64,000 nucleotides of DNA from Longimicrobiales bacterium (GCA_963664435.2 CAXXKM010000003.1:288001-352000); one strand, 5' to 3'; shown: positions 48,442 through 58,317, counted from the stretch's first letter. Numbers and translations: made by a program. The notes: generated from the sequence alone by a model not told the origin.

Positions 48442-49027
48442 GAGCCCGCACCCTCAGCAGCTCCAGGAAGGCGTCGGTTTCGGGCCGGACGGCACCGCCG
48501 AGCCCCCGCAGGTGCCTCGTGCGCGCGCCCGCCACCTCGAGGGCAACCTCGTCCAGTTCGGCGGGCATGCGTCGCCGGAGCGACCTCCGCCACTCCGCCC
48601 GGACCGCACGGCCGGGCTCGAGGAAGTCCGCCGTGTAGAGCGCCACGCCCGCGGTGTCCAGGGCGGGATGACCGAGGGTGTGGAAGGCCACCGCGCACAG
48701 CAGGCCATCGTCCCCGACGCCCTCGCGGGCGAGCCGGCCGGCGGCGGCGGGGCCGTGCAGCAGCTTCCCCGGGAGGTCGGCGAACTCATCGTCCACCATC
48801 GCCTGCAGCTCGGCGGGATCGCCGTCTCTCAGGACATCGTGGAGATGCCCCAGCGCCGCCCATCGCACGATTTCGTCTTCGCATTCTGCGCGTTCTATTG
48901 CCCATTCGCGCATAAGGTTCGAAACCCGGGTCATGTGCCGGCGCCGGGAGTCGCCCGCCCGCGCCCAGGAGGGGAGAAGCCCGTCGGCGGCGCGAACGAC
49001 GAGAGGATGGTTCCGGGGAGCAGCCAT
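48434..49027 (-). CDS. HD-domain hydrolase, YqeK (Ap4A hydrolase)-like
   Basis: RRRHM.RV, LHDV, LLHGPAAA, AVAFHTLG, LYTADFLEPGR. Confidence 0.82.
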   Translation of the reverse strand: MAAPRNHPLVVRAADGLLPSWARAGDSRRRHMTRVSNLMREWAIERAECEDEIVRWAALGHLHDVLRDGDPAELQAMVDDEFADLPGKLLHGPAAAGRLAREGVGDDGLLCAVAFHTLGHPALDTAGVALYTADFLEPGRAVRAEWRRSLRRRMPAELDEVALEVAGARTRHLRGLGGAVRPETDAFLELLRVRAHG

Positions 49028-49145
49028 ACAGGCCAGTAGATTGCGCATGGGGCCGGGAGGAATCAACCCCGGCGAGCGCCTTCCGGACCCCGACCCTTCT
49101 CCGCCGAGGGCGCGTTCACTCCCGGTTGCCGATAGCTTTGCGGTC

Positions 49146-50810
49146 ATGCAATGGGACAGTCTGCTGGTGGCGGCCACCGCCCGTGCGCTCCGGCGGGAGT
49201 TGCGCGCAGGACGGACGCGCGCCGTCCATCTGGATCGCGGCGCGGGCCGGGTGGCGCTCTTTCTGCGGGGAAGGACGGTCGTGTTCGCTCTGCACCCGGC
49301 CTCCACGGGGCTCGCCGTCATGGACGAGGCGACGCCCCCGGCGGGCGCCGTTCCACTGCCGGGAATCGTGCGCGACGTCTCCGCACCCGCGGACGAGCGC
49401 GCCATCCTGCTCGAAGTCACGCGTCTGCGGGGCCGGACGCGCCGCACACGGCTGGTGCTGGAGCTCTCGCCGGGCCGCTGGAACGCGATCCTCACCGAGG
49501 GCCCCGACGACCGCATCCGGAGCGTGCTCAGACGACGCCGCTCCGGCGCGCGCGAGCTGCTGCCGGGCGCCGTATACGAGCTGCCGCGCCCGTCGAAGCG
49601 CCGCGGGGCCAGCCGTCCGATGTCGCTCTCTTCATGGCTCGAACTGTTCGAGGAAGTGGAGCCCCCCCAACGGATGGCCACCCTGGTCCGCAACGTCGCC
49701 TACACTTCGCGCATGAACGCGCGCGTGTTTCTGGATGACGGAGACGAGGACGGCTGGAAGCGCTGGCGCGAATGGCGCGATCTCAAGGATCCGGACCCCC
49801 GGCTGCTGTCCTCGGACCAGGGGCTCCAGCCCTATCCCTATCCCCTTCCGGGGATGGAGGGCAGCGCGAGGGAGACACTCCTCGCCGCGCTGACGGACGG
49901 GTCGGAGGCGCTTGCCCACGCGAGCCTGGTGCCGTCCGAGGTGATGTCGGCGCTGGAGAAGCGCATCGGCTCCACCGAGGGCCGGATCGTGCGCCTGCAG
50001 GAACAACTCGCCCGGCTCGAGGACCCGGTCCGGATGCGGGGGATCGGAGACCTGCTCCTCGCGAGGATGAAGCTGATCCCGCGCGGGGCGGCCCGGGTGT
50101 CGCTCGAGCAATTCGAGGGCGGCACCATCCGCATCTCGCTCGACCCCACGCTGGCGCCGCATGAAAACGCGGCGCGCTACTACGCCCGCGCCGCGCGCGT
50201 AGAGCGGGCCGCCGCCACGCTCCCGGCCGAGATCGAGGAAGCAGGCACGCGGCTGGCCGCCTGGTACGCGCTTTCCGAGGAAGTGGCGGCCGGGTCGGTG
50301 GATGCCGGGGAACTGGAGCGGCGGCTGGGGCTGCCCGCTCCGGGGTCGAGATCGCGGCAGGCTCCCCCCCGCCTTCCCTACCACCGCTTTCGCAGTTCGG
50401 CGGGAACCGAGATCCGCGTGGGCCGCGGGGCGGCGAGCAACCACGAACTGACGTTCCACCACTCGGACCCGGACGATGTCTGGCTGCATGCCCGCCACGC
50501 CTCCGGCGCGCACGTGATCCTGCGCTGGCGCGGCGAGGGCAGCCCCGCGCCCCGCGACCTGGAGGAAGCCGCCGTCCTGGCCGCGGTCAACTCGAAGGCC
50601 CGCACCTCCGCCACCGTCCCGGTCGACTGGACCCGGCGCAAGTACGTGCGCAAGCCGAGGGGCGCGCGGCCCGGCACCGTCACCCTGGAGCGCGAGAAGA
50701 CGGTGTTCGTGAGCCCGGATGCGGAGGTGGCGGAGCGGTTGAGGCTGGATCCGGACGGGGATGCGCTCGAGAAAACGCGGTCACGAGGCCGGAAATCACG
50801 GAGAAAGTAA
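49146..50810 (+). CDS. rqcH: NFACT family protein, RqcH/FbpA-like ribosome quality control factor
   Basis: MQWDSL N-terminus, DERAI...LVLEL..G.WNAIL, I.LDP.L...ENA..YY, NFACT-R GR....N..LTF, DVWLHA....GAHVI, VDWTRRKYVRKP.G..PG.V. Confidence 0.88.
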   Translation: MQWDSLLVAATARALRRELRAGRTRAVHLDRGAGRVALFLRGRTVVFALHPASTGLAVMDEATPPAGAVPLPGIVRDVSAPADERAILLEVTRLRGRTRRTRLVLELSPGRWNAILTEGPDDRIRSVLRRRRSGARELLPGAVYELPRPSKRRGASRPMSLSSWLELFEEVEPPQRMATLVRNVAYTSRMNARVFLDDGDEDGWKRWREWRDLKDPDPRLLSSDQGLQPYPYPLPGMEGSARETLLAALTDGSEALAHASLVPSEVMSALEKRIGSTEGRIVRLQEQLARLEDPVRMRGIGDLLLARMKLIPRGAARVSLEQFEGGTIRISLDPTLAPHENAARYYARAARVERAAATLPAEIEEAGTRLAAWYALSEEVAAGSVDAGELERRLGLPAPGSRSRQAPPRLPYHRFRSSAGTEIRVGRGAASNHELTFHHSDPDDVWLHARHASGAHVILRWRGEGSPAPRDLEEAAVLAAVNSKARTSATVPVDWTRRKYVRKPRGARPGTVTLEREKTVFVSPDAEVAERLRLDPDGDALEKTRSRGRKSRRK

Positions 50811-50904
50811 TGTTACCGTTACATATTGTAGTGTTTGCATTACACCTGTGCGGCCAAGTGCCGGGCCTCGCAGTCCATGGATGAGGTCCTCCGGCCGCGC
50901 GACA

Positions 50905-52263
50905 CTAGCCCGGCGAGGGCCACTCGACCTCAAACCTTGCTATGTAGCGGACGTCAAGCTCGTCCTTGAGCACAGCCCAGATCGTGTCGCCCTTGAAGTA
51001 CGGATCCATCGTCCCCGGGTAGGGGCGTGCGGCCCAGCTCTCGGGTGTATCGACGTGACCGATCCATCGACCGTCCGCGTCGAAGACATCGAAACCGTCC
51101 GTCGGATTCCAGTACGACCAGAGCCGTGGTCCCAGGCCGGGTGACTGGCGCCGTTCCTCTTCGGTCGTAGGGCGGCTGATACCCGGAGCTCCTGGCCAGA
51201 TCCAGATTCGGCCGTCGTCCGTATGCCAGAATCGAAGAAACGCGGGACGCTCCTGCGGAAGGATCGGAATTGGAGGAAGCGACCTGAACTCGGCCCCGCG
51301 TCCCAGCCTCGCCAGAGTCTGATTGTCACTGCGCCGACGCATGTTCTGAACGCGGAACCCGTCGTACCAGTACTCATGCTCCTCGTCCGTCCTCACCGGT
51401 GGATCCCATGCCCTCGAGATCCGAGTCACTCCCCCGTCAGACCGGACGAGGTCTATCGCGTACCTGGCCGAGCAGCCGAAAGCCAATACACCCGTTCGGC
51501 CCCGCGTCCATTGCGCGAAGGGCATGTGGCGGAGGCGATTGTCCTCCATGTTCCCTCCGGAGTGTGCCGGGAGTCGCCGCTCACAGCCCTCCCAGGCTCG
51601 AGTGGGCAGGAACACGGTGTCCGTCACTTCCTCGTGGCCGATCAGGCGGCCGAACAACGGTCTCTGCTGCCCGGCGCGGAGCGTGTCCAGACCACTCCGG
51701 GGCGGGTTGAGCGAGATCCAGAGCTGACCCCGTTCGTCCCATCGGAGGGCATCCCGTCCGTATCCCGGTCTTCCCGCCGACGGACGTAGTCTGATCTCTC
51801 GGACCAGGTTGCCGTCGGGCGAGAAGACATTGACCCGTCGATTGCCAAAATCCAGCGCGGCCAACTCCCCGTCGGCGGATACGTCCATGCTGACCACGTA
51901 CCTTACCTCGCCGGGTCCTTGGCCTTGCCGGGCAATCGTCCTCAGGTATGTCCCCTCCGCATCGTATTGGCGCAGGTCGCTACGGAGATTGAAGACAAAG
52001 AGACTTCCGTCCGGGCCGACCGTGAGCACCGGCAACCTGCTCAGCAGGTACTCCGGTGGACCTTCGATCATGCCAATTCGTGATACCTCGCGAAGGGAAG
52101 CTGTGCCTCGCAGGGGTGAGGAGGAGAACACGAACGTCGTGTCACCCACTTGCCGTGACGAGTATTGCCGTGACGAGTCGGGGGTTCCTTCGCCGCATCC
52201 GCCTATCGAAAGCGTCATCAGAATCGCTACCAGCGCACGGCCCACGGTCCTACCTCCCTTCAC
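50905..52263 (-). CDS. 6-bladed beta-propeller lipoprotein
   Basis: Lipobox-like SIGGC, IG..EGP.EY, YD..G.YL..IARQGQGPGE, FDVFDADGRWIG, DELDVRYIARF. Visibly more AT-rich than its neighbours. Confidence 0.8.
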   Translation of the reverse strand: MKGGRTVGRALVAILMTLSIGGCGEGTPDSSRQYSSRQVGDTTFVFSSSPLRGTASLREVSRIGMIEGPPEYLLSRLPVLTVGPDGSLFVFNLRSDLRQYDAEGTYLRTIARQGQGPGEVRYVVSMDVSADGELAALDFGNRRVNVFSPDGNLVREIRLRPSAGRPGYGRDALRWDERGQLWISLNPPRSGLDTLRAGQQRPLFGRLIGHEEVTDTVFLPTRAWEGCERRLPAHSGGNMEDNRLRHMPFAQWTRGRTGVLAFGCSARYAIDLVRSDGGVTRISRAWDPPVRTDEEHEYWYDGFRVQNMRRRSDNQTLARLGRGAEFRSLPPIPILPQERPAFLRFWHTDDGRIWIWPGAPGISRPTTEEERRQSPGLGPRLWSYWNPTDGFDVFDADGRWIGHVDTPESWAARPYPGTMDPYFKGDTIWAVLKDELDVRYIARFEVEWPSPG

Positions 52264-52348
52264 AGAAGAGGGCTCTCAGCACGATGTGGAGGGGAAGACT
52301 GGCCTGTCAACTAAACATCTAGTAGAAGATACGATCCCTCGGGCGCTG

Positions 52349-53191
52349 CTAGAGTGACCGATCCGGACCGTCCCGCTCCATCGCCTCCCTGAGGGCGGCG
52401 ACGAAGTCGCGCACCCCTTCCGCGCCCTCCCGCTCGCAGTGGTCGATGAGCGCGCTGCCCACCACCACTCCCTCCGCCGCGGCAGCCACGTCGGCCGCCT
52501 GTTCGGGGGTGGAGATTCCGAATCCCACCGCGACCGGGATGCCTCCGACCCGCCCCTGCACCGCCCGGACCTCCCGCCCCAGCGCGCGGCGCAGCCGAGT
52601 GCGCGCGCCCGTGACCCCGGTGCGCGAGATGTAGTACAGGAACCCGGCGCCCGCCCGGGCGATGGCGGCGACCCTCTCGGGGGAAGTGGTCGGGGCGATC
52701 AGGCGGATCAGGTCGAGCCCGTGCGCCGAAAGCCGGCTCTCCAGCGCGGGATCCGCGCCCGCCGGGACGTCGGTCAGGAGCAGGCCCTGGGCGCCGGCCT
52801 CCACTGCCGCGCGGGCGAACTCCTCCACGCCGTAGCGCAGGATGGGGTTGAGGTAGCTGAAGAGGACGACAGGCGTATCGTGCCCGGCGCGGAAGGCGCG
52901 CAGCACGTCCAGCGTGCCCTCGGTGGTCATCCCTCGCTCGAGGGCCTGGAACGACGAGCGCTGGATGGTGGGCCCGTCCGCCAGGGGGTCGCTGAACGGG
53001 ATCCCCAGCTCGATGATGTCCGCACCTGCGCCCGCCATCCCCTGCAGCAGCTCCAGGGATTGCGGCGCATCCGGATAACCGCAGGTCAGGAACGGGATGA
53101 GCGCTGCCCGGTTGTCGGCCCGGCAACGTGCGAAGCACTGCGCGAAGGACATGCCGCTCATCGGTTCCCCGGCGATGAAGCCTTCGGGCAC
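52349..53191 (-). CDS. trpA: Tryptophan synthase alpha chain (start may be 53161)
   Basis: IELGIPFSDPLADGPTIQ, YLNPI, LIAPTT, FLYYISRTGVTG, VGFGIS, GVVVGSA. Confidence 0.97.
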   Translation of the reverse strand: MPEGFIAGEPMSGMSFAQCFARCRADNRAALIPFLTCGYPDAPQSLELLQGMAGAGADIIELGIPFSDPLADGPTIQRSSFQALERGMTTEGTLDVLRAFRAGHDTPVVLFSYLNPILRYGVEEFARAAVEAGAQGLLLTDVPAGADPALESRLSAHGLDLIRLIAPTTSPERVAAIARAGAGFLYYISRTGVTGARTRLRRALGREVRAVQGRVGGIPVAVGFGISTPEQAADVAAAAEGVVVGSALIDHCEREGAEGVRDFVAALREAMERDGPDRSL

Positions 53192-53257
53192 GACGCCCCC
53201 GGGCGATGGCCCGCTTCCCGGCCTGGCAGCTGCTCGACGCCCTCCGGCATTGGCCTG

Positions 53258-54460
53258 CTACTCATCGGCCTCGGCCCCCGACAGCCGCGCCACGTGCGCG
53301 ACATCCTTGTCCCCGCGGCCGCTCAGACACACCACGACCGGCCCGTGGCGGGCCAGCTCCGCCCCCGCTTCGAAGACGTGCGCCAGCGCGTGCGCGCTCT
53401 CGAGCGCCGGGATGAGGCCCTCCAGCCGGGAGAGCCGGTGGAAGGCGGCCAGCGCCTGATCATCCGTGACCGTCACGTATTCCGCACGGCCTTCGTCGAG
53501 GAGCCATGAGTGCTCCGGTCCCACGCCCGGGTAGTCGAGGCCGGCGGAAATGGAGTGAGCCGGGGCCACCTGCCCGTCCGCGTCCTGGAGCAGGTAGCTC
53601 AGCGACCCGTGCAGCACGCCCGGCCTGCCCGCGGCCAGGGGCGCCGAGTGCCGGCCGCTGTCCAGCCCCTCGCCCGCCGCCTCGACCCCGACCAGCCGCA
53701 CATCCCCGAAGGGAACGAAGGCGTGGAAGATGCCCATGGCGTTGGACCCGCCGCCGACGCACGCCACCACCGAACCGGGGAGCCTGCCCTCGGCGGCCTC
53801 CAGTTGCGCCCGCGTCTCCTCCCCGATGACGGCCTGGAAATCGCGCACCATGCGCGGGAAGGGATCGGGCCCCACCACGGAACCGATGATGTAGTGGGTG
53901 TCGCGCACGTTGGTCACCCAGTCGCGGATCGCCTCGTTGGTGGCGTCCTTGAGCGTGCACGAACCCGAATCCACCGGACGCACCTCGGCCCCCAGCAGCT
54001 CCATGCGATAGACGTTCAGCGCCTGGCGCTCGACATCCTCGGTCCCCATGTAGACCACGCACTCGAGGTCGAAGAGCGCGCACACGGTCGCGGTGGCCAC
54101 CCCGTGCTGCCCGGCGCCGGTCTCGGCGATGATGCGGCGTTTGCCCATCCAGCGCGCCAGCAGCGCCTGCCCGAGGGTGTTGTTGATCTTGTGGGCGCCC
54201 GTGTGGTTGAGGTCCTCGCGCTTGAGGTAGACGGGTCCGGCGCCGATGGCCTCCTCGACGCGGGGCGCGCGGTAGAGGGGGGAGGGCCGGCCGGCGTAGT
54301 CCTCGAGCAGGGCGCGCAGATCCGCGGCGAAGCCATGGTCGGCCGAGGCATCCCGATAGGCCGCGGTGAGCTCGTCCAGCGCGGTGATGAGGGTCTCGGG
54401 GACGTAGCGGCCTCCGTACGGGCCGAAGCGGTCCCCGGCCGTGCGTGCACCCGGGGTCAC
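53258..54460 (-). CDS. trpB: Tryptophan synthase beta chain
   Basis: [70 protein letters not shown]. Confidence 0.98.
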   Translation of the reverse strand: MTPGARTAGDRFGPYGGRYVPETLITALDELTAAYRDASADHGFAADLRALLEDYAGRPSPLYRAPRVEEAIGAGPVYLKREDLNHTGAHKINNTLGQALLARWMGKRRIIAETGAGQHGVATATVCALFDLECVVYMGTEDVERQALNVYRMELLGAEVRPVDSGSCTLKDATNEAIRDWVTNVRDTHYIIGSVVGPDPFPRMVRDFQAVIGEETRAQLEAAEGRLPGSVVACVGGGSNAMGIFHAFVPFGDVRLVGVEAAGEGLDSGRHSAPLAAGRPGVLHGSLSYLLQDADGQVAPAHSISAGLDYPGVGPEHSWLLDEGRAEYVTVTDDQALAAFHRLSRLEGLIPALESAHALAHVFEAGAELARHGPVVVCLSGRGDKDVAHVARLSGAEADE

Positions 54461-56142
54461 GAGCCACCTCCGTTGCCGCGCGCGGCGCGCACGAAGCCGT
54501 GCACCTTCGCGGGATCCTTCACGCCCACCCGCCGCTCCACTCCGGAGCTGGCGTCGACGACGTGCGGACGCAGGAGCGACACGGCCTCCGCCACGTTGCC
54601 GGCGTTGAGGCCCCCCGCGGCCACGAAGCGCTGCTCCGGGGCGAAGCGGTCGCGGATTCCAGCGAGGCTGCGCCATGGGAAGCGGGTACCCGTGCCGCCC
54701 GGCAGCTTCTCGTGCCAGCCATCGAAGAGGAGCCCGTCGGCGGCGTCTCCGTACCGGTCGAGCGCGCTCAGGGCGTCCGCCTCGTCGCGCACGGGCGCGG
54801 CTTTCCACACCGTCCAGGGGCCGCTCGCGCGCAGGCGGGAGACGGTGTCGGGATTCTCGCGGCCGTGCAGTTGCACCACGGAGGCCCCGGTCTCGCGCGC
54901 CGCCGCCACCGCTTCGTCGAGGGTCGGGTCCACCAGGAGGATCACCAGTGGCAGGTCGGCGGCTTCGGCCACCGCCTGAGCTGTCGGGATGTCAACGCTG
55001 CGCGAGAAGCCGGGGGTGAGCACGGTGCCCACGTAGGTCGCGCCCGCCTGGGCGGCGATGCGGCCGTCCGCCGGGCGGGTGATCCCGCAGATCTTCACCT
55101 CGGGCACCTGGGTGGGTCCGGTGGCGGGAGGTGGCGGTTCGGGGACGCCGGCGGTCGCGGGCGGTTCGGATTGGGCGGAGGGAGGCGTGGCCGGGCGGCC
55201 GACGGGGGGTGCGGGCCCGGCGGCGGTCGCGGGCGGGCGGGCGGCGGGGGACGGGACGGGACGGGCAGCGGCCGCGGGCGGGCGGGCGGCGGGGGACGGG
55301 CCGGGCCGGGCGGCGGTCTCGGGCGGCGCGTCCCGCCCGGTGGCGGCGGCGGCGCGCGGTCCGCCCCGGACGCCGGTCAGGGCTGCCACGGCGTCGCCGG
55401 GGCGCGGACTGCGCAGGAGCGCCTCACCCATCAGGACGGCGTCCGCGCCCGCGGCACCCACGGTGGCCAGGTCCTCCCGGGTCGCCAGGCCGCTCTCCGA
55501 AACCACCACGACGTCCGGCGGAATGCGGCGAACCAGCTCCAGCGTGACGGCCACGCTCGAGCGGAAGGTGCTCAGATCGCGGTTGTTGATCCCCACCACG
55601 TCGGCGCCGGCCGCGAGCACCCGCTCCAGCTCCGCGGCGTCGTGGACCTCCACCAGCGCGGCCATCCCGAGCTCGCGCGCCCCGCTCAGCAGCTCCCCGA
55701 GAAGCGGATCCTCGAGGATGCGCACGATGAGCAGGACCGCGTCCGCTCCCGCCGCGCGCGACTCGTCGAGCTGAACCGGGTCGACCAGGAAATCCTTGCG
55801 CAGAGCGGGCCGCCGCACCCTCGCGCGCACCCGCCTCAGATCGTCCAGGCCGCCTCCGAAGTACGTGCGATCCGTCAGCACGCTGATGGCCGATGCGCCC
55901 GAGCGCGCGTATTCCGCGGCCAGATCGGAGGGATCCAGATCCTCGCGAATGGATCCGGCCCCGGGGGACCGCCGCTTGACCTCCGCGATGACCGCCACTT
56001 CCCTCGACGGTTTTCTCAGGGCGGAGCGCAAGTCGCGGGGTGGAGGCGCCGAACGGGCGGCCCGTGCCAACTCCGCCCGCGCGGATCTCAGAACCCGGAC
56101 TTCGCTGCGCTTGGTGCGGACGATGCGGTCGAGAATGTTCAT
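54457..56142 (-). CDS. trpCF: Fused indole-3-glycerol-phosphate synthase / phosphoribosylanthranilate isomerase with long Pro/Ala linker
   Basis: Trp[43 protein letters not shown]. Trp[35 protein letters not shown]...GVKD. One continuous frame. Confidence 0.92.
   Translation of the reverse strand: MNILDRIVRTKRSEVRVLRSARAELARAARSAPPPRDLRSALRKPSREVAVIAEVKRRSPGAGSIREDLDPSDLAAEYARSGASAISVLTDRTYFGGGLDDLRRVRARVRRPALRKDFLVDPVQLDESRAAGADAVLLIVRILEDPLLGELLSGARELGMAALVEVHDAAELERVLAAGADVVGINNRDLSTFRSSVAVTLELVRRIPPDVVVVSESGLATREDLATVGAAGADAVLMGEALLRSPRPGDAVAALTGVRGGPRAAAATGRDAPPETAARPGPSPAARPPAAAARPVPSPAARPPATAAGPAPPVGRPATPPSAQSEPPATAGVPEPPPPATGPTQVPEVKICGITRPADGRIAAQAGATYVGTVLTPGFSRSVDIPTAQAVAEAADLPLVILLVDPTLDEAVAAARETGASVVQLHGRENPDTVSRLRASGPWTVWKAAPVRDEADALSALDRYGDAADGLLFDGWHEKLPGGTGTRFPWRSLAGIRDRFAPEQRFVAAGGLNAGNVAEAVSLLRPHVVDASSGVERRVGVKDPAKVHGFVRAARGNGGGS
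55228..55300. repeat. 28-bp G-rich direct repeat (45-bp period) in the TrpC-TrpF linker
   Basis: cgcgggcgggcgggcggcgggggacggg at 55228-55255 and 55273-55300, encoding PSPAARPPA twice. Confidence 0.9.
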
Positions 56143-56205
56143 GCGCGCGGGAAGGGACGTCGGCCGCCGGGGAGGGATGCGATTCCGGTTCTTTCGGGGT
56201 GCATC

Positions 56206-56251
56206 TTGCGCTTCGGGATACCTTCGGGTAGGTTATTCGGGTCCTGTTCGG
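56206..56251 (+). promoter_or_regulatory. lexA promoter with two candidate direct-repeat LexA operators
   Basis: TTGCGC(56206-11)-N17-TAGGTT(56229-34). CTTC-N7-CTTC (56211-25) lies in the spacer and ATTC-N7-GTTC (56235-49) just downstream of -10. Every half-site is followed by GG. Confidence 0.65.
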
Positions 56252-56278
56252 TCATCACTTTCGCGGAGCGTGCATTCG

Positions 56279-56887
56279 ATGCCCCTGACCAAGCGACAGA
56301 AACAGATCCTGGACTTCATCGAAGGCTACCTGGACGAGTGGGGATACGCGCCCAACTTCGAGGAAATCGCGCATGCCTTCGGATACGCTTCCCTGGCCAC
56401 GGTCCACGAACACCTGAGCAATCTGGAGCGCAAGGGTTACATCCGGAAGGCCTACAACCAAAGTCGCTCCATCGAGATGGTGCACCGGGAGACGGGTGCC
56501 GGCGTCTTCGCACTGCCGCTGCTCGGAGCCGTTGCCGCGGGGATGCCCATCGAGGCCGTTCAGGACAACGAAACCCTGTCTGTTCCCCAGGACATGGTTC
56601 CGAGCGGCGCCGAGAGCTACGTCCTGCGGGTCGAGGGCGACTCCATGATCGACGAACAGATTCGCGACGGCGACTACATCGTGGTCAGCGCGCGACCGGT
56701 GGCCCATGAAGGGGAAACGGTGGTCGCCCTGGTCGGGGGCGATTCGGCCACCGTCAAGAAGTTCTATCGCGAGCGGGGCTCCCGGATCCGGCTGCAGCCG
56801 GCCAACGAAGCAATGGAGCCGATCATCGTCGACGCGGCCGATGTCCAGATCCAGGGGGTCGTGGTCGGCGTGATTCGGAAGTATTGA
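56279..56887 (+). CDS. lexA: SOS repressor LexA
   Basis: LTKRQKQILDFI wHTH, SLATVHEHL..LERKGYI, cleavage site VAAG.P, catalytic GDSMI and ATVKKF. Confidence 0.97.
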   Translation: MPLTKRQKQILDFIEGYLDEWGYAPNFEEIAHAFGYASLATVHEHLSNLERKGYIRKAYNQSRSIEMVHRETGAGVFALPLLGAVAAGMPIEAVQDNETLSVPQDMVPSGAESYVLRVEGDSMIDEQIRDGDYIVVSARPVAHEGETVVALVGGDSATVKKFYRERGSRIRLQPANEAMEPIIVDAADVQIQGVVVGVIRKY

Positions 56888-56984
56888 GGCTTGATCCACG
56901 GATAACCGACCGAGACGGGCCGGCTCCTGGGGAGTCGGGCCGAAGTTCGGTCACCTGACCGGCCGCGGCCGGAGGGAGGCGAGA

Positions 56985-57179
56985 ATGAGGATTCCGTTTG
57001 CGGTAGGCAGACTGAAGGGCGACTTCACGGAAGTAGTGCTGGTGGGCGAGAACTGCGGGCCGGACGGCGTACCATTCCTTCGCGGGGCACGGATGACGCG
57101 CACGCCCGCTCGATTCCGGCCCGGTCCCGCCGGAGCGCGAATCGCCCGGCTTGAGGATCGCGATGCCCGTCGTCGCTGA
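56985..57179 (+). CDS. Small basic hypothetical protein (64 aa) downstream of lexA
   Basis: Strong GGAGG-like SD upstream of the ATG. Fills the gap between lexA and the trpD stop. Confidence 0.45.
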   Translation: MRIPFAVGRLKGDFTEVVLVGENCGPDGVPFLRGARMTRTPARFRPGPAGARIARLEDRDARRR

Positions 57180-57233
57180 CCGGGACGGACGACGTGGGCA
57201 GATCGGCGGGCGGGGTACTGAGGCGCGCGCGCC

Positions 57234-58280
57234 TCAGGTGCCGCGGGCGCGCGTGGCTTCGCGGAGTTCCGCAAGCTTGCTGGTCGCGAGCCCGCGGTCG
57301 ATCGCTTCGGCCGCCATGGCAACCCCCTCCGAAAGGGAGTCCGCCAGACCCGCGACGTAGATGGTGGCGCCCGCGTTGACGAGGACGAACGAACGCGCCG
57401 AGTCCCGGCGGCGGCCTTCCAGCACATCCACGATCACGACCGCGTTTTCGCCGGGAGTTCCGCCGGCGAGACCCTCCAGGCTCTCCGGCTCCAGACCCAG
57501 GTCGGCCGGGGTTACGGGGTAGGTGGTTATCTCGCCGTCGCGAAGATCGGACACGGTGGTGGTCCCCACCGGGCTCAGTTCGTCCATTCCCGGCTCGCCG
57601 TGGACCACCAGGGCGCGGCGGTGGCCGAGTTCACGCAGCGCGGGCGCGATCAACTCCAGCCAGGAAGGGTCGGAAACGCCGACCAGCTGGCGGGTTACCC
57701 CGGCCGGGTTGGTCAGCGGCCCGAGCAGGTTCATGATGGTCGGGACAGCCAGTTCCGCGCGCACCGGACCAACGTGGCGCATGGCGGGATGCAGAAGCGG
57801 CGCGAACATGAAGACGATTCCGGTTTCCGCCAGCACCCGGCTCATGTCGTCCGGTGTCAGCTCGATGCGGACCCCGAGCGCTTCCAGGACGTCGGCGCTC
57901 CCGCTCTGCGACGTGAAGGAGCGGTTGCCGTGCTTTGCGACCCGCACTCCGGCCGCCGCCGCGGTCAGAGCGGCCGCGGTGGACACGTTGAAGGTGCGTA
58001 CGCTGCCGCCCCCGGTGCCGCAGGTGTCGACCAGCTCGTGCGTCCGTTCCGACTTCACCGGACGCATTGCTCCGCGAAGCGCGCGCACGCCGCCGGCGAT
58101 TTCGGACGGAACCAGCCCCTTGGTGCGGAGCGCGATCAGGAAGGCGGCCATCGCCACGGGGGTCGCTGCTCCGGACATGATGGTCGCGAACGCGCCTTCG
58201 GCCTCCGCCGCGGTCAGGCTCGCGCCTTCGGACACCCGGCCAATGAGGGGGGTGAGGTCCAGCTTCGTTTCGGAGGTCAT
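57234..58280 (-). CDS. trpD: Anthranilate phosphoribosyltransferase
   Basis: DTCGTGG, TFNVSTAAA, KHGNRS..SQSGSADVLEALG, FAP..HPAMRHV.PVR, NLLGPLTNP, GMDEL. Confidence 0.97.
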   Translation of the reverse strand: MTSETKLDLTPLIGRVSEGASLTAAEAEGAFATIMSGAATPVAMAAFLIALRTKGLVPSEIAGGVRALRGAMRPVKSERTHELVDTCGTGGGSVRTFNVSTAAALTAAAAGVRVAKHGNRSFTSQSGSADVLEALGVRIELTPDDMSRVLAETGIVFMFAPLLHPAMRHVGPVRAELAVPTIMNLLGPLTNPAGVTRQLVGVSDPSWLELIAPALRELGHRRALVVHGEPGMDELSPVGTTTVSDLRDGEITTYPVTPADLGLEPESLEGLAGGTPGENAVVIVDVLEGRRRDSARSFVLVNAGATIYVAGLADSLSEGVAMAAEAIDRGLATSKLAELREATRARGT

Positions 58281-58317
58281 GGTCGTGTCCGGGTCGGCGG
58301 CGGCGCGGGAGAGGGCT

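Noticed and set aside
50807..50845. dif/XerCD site or attachment site at the propeller islet edge
   Set aside because: Only a partial ATGTTA resemblance, without the 11-6-11 dif layout or a matching repeat on the other flank.
52310..52326. Single NrdR-box-like sequence actaaacatctagtag
   Set aside because: Only one arm matches, there is no tandem partner, and the downstream gene is unrelated to nucleotide metabolism.
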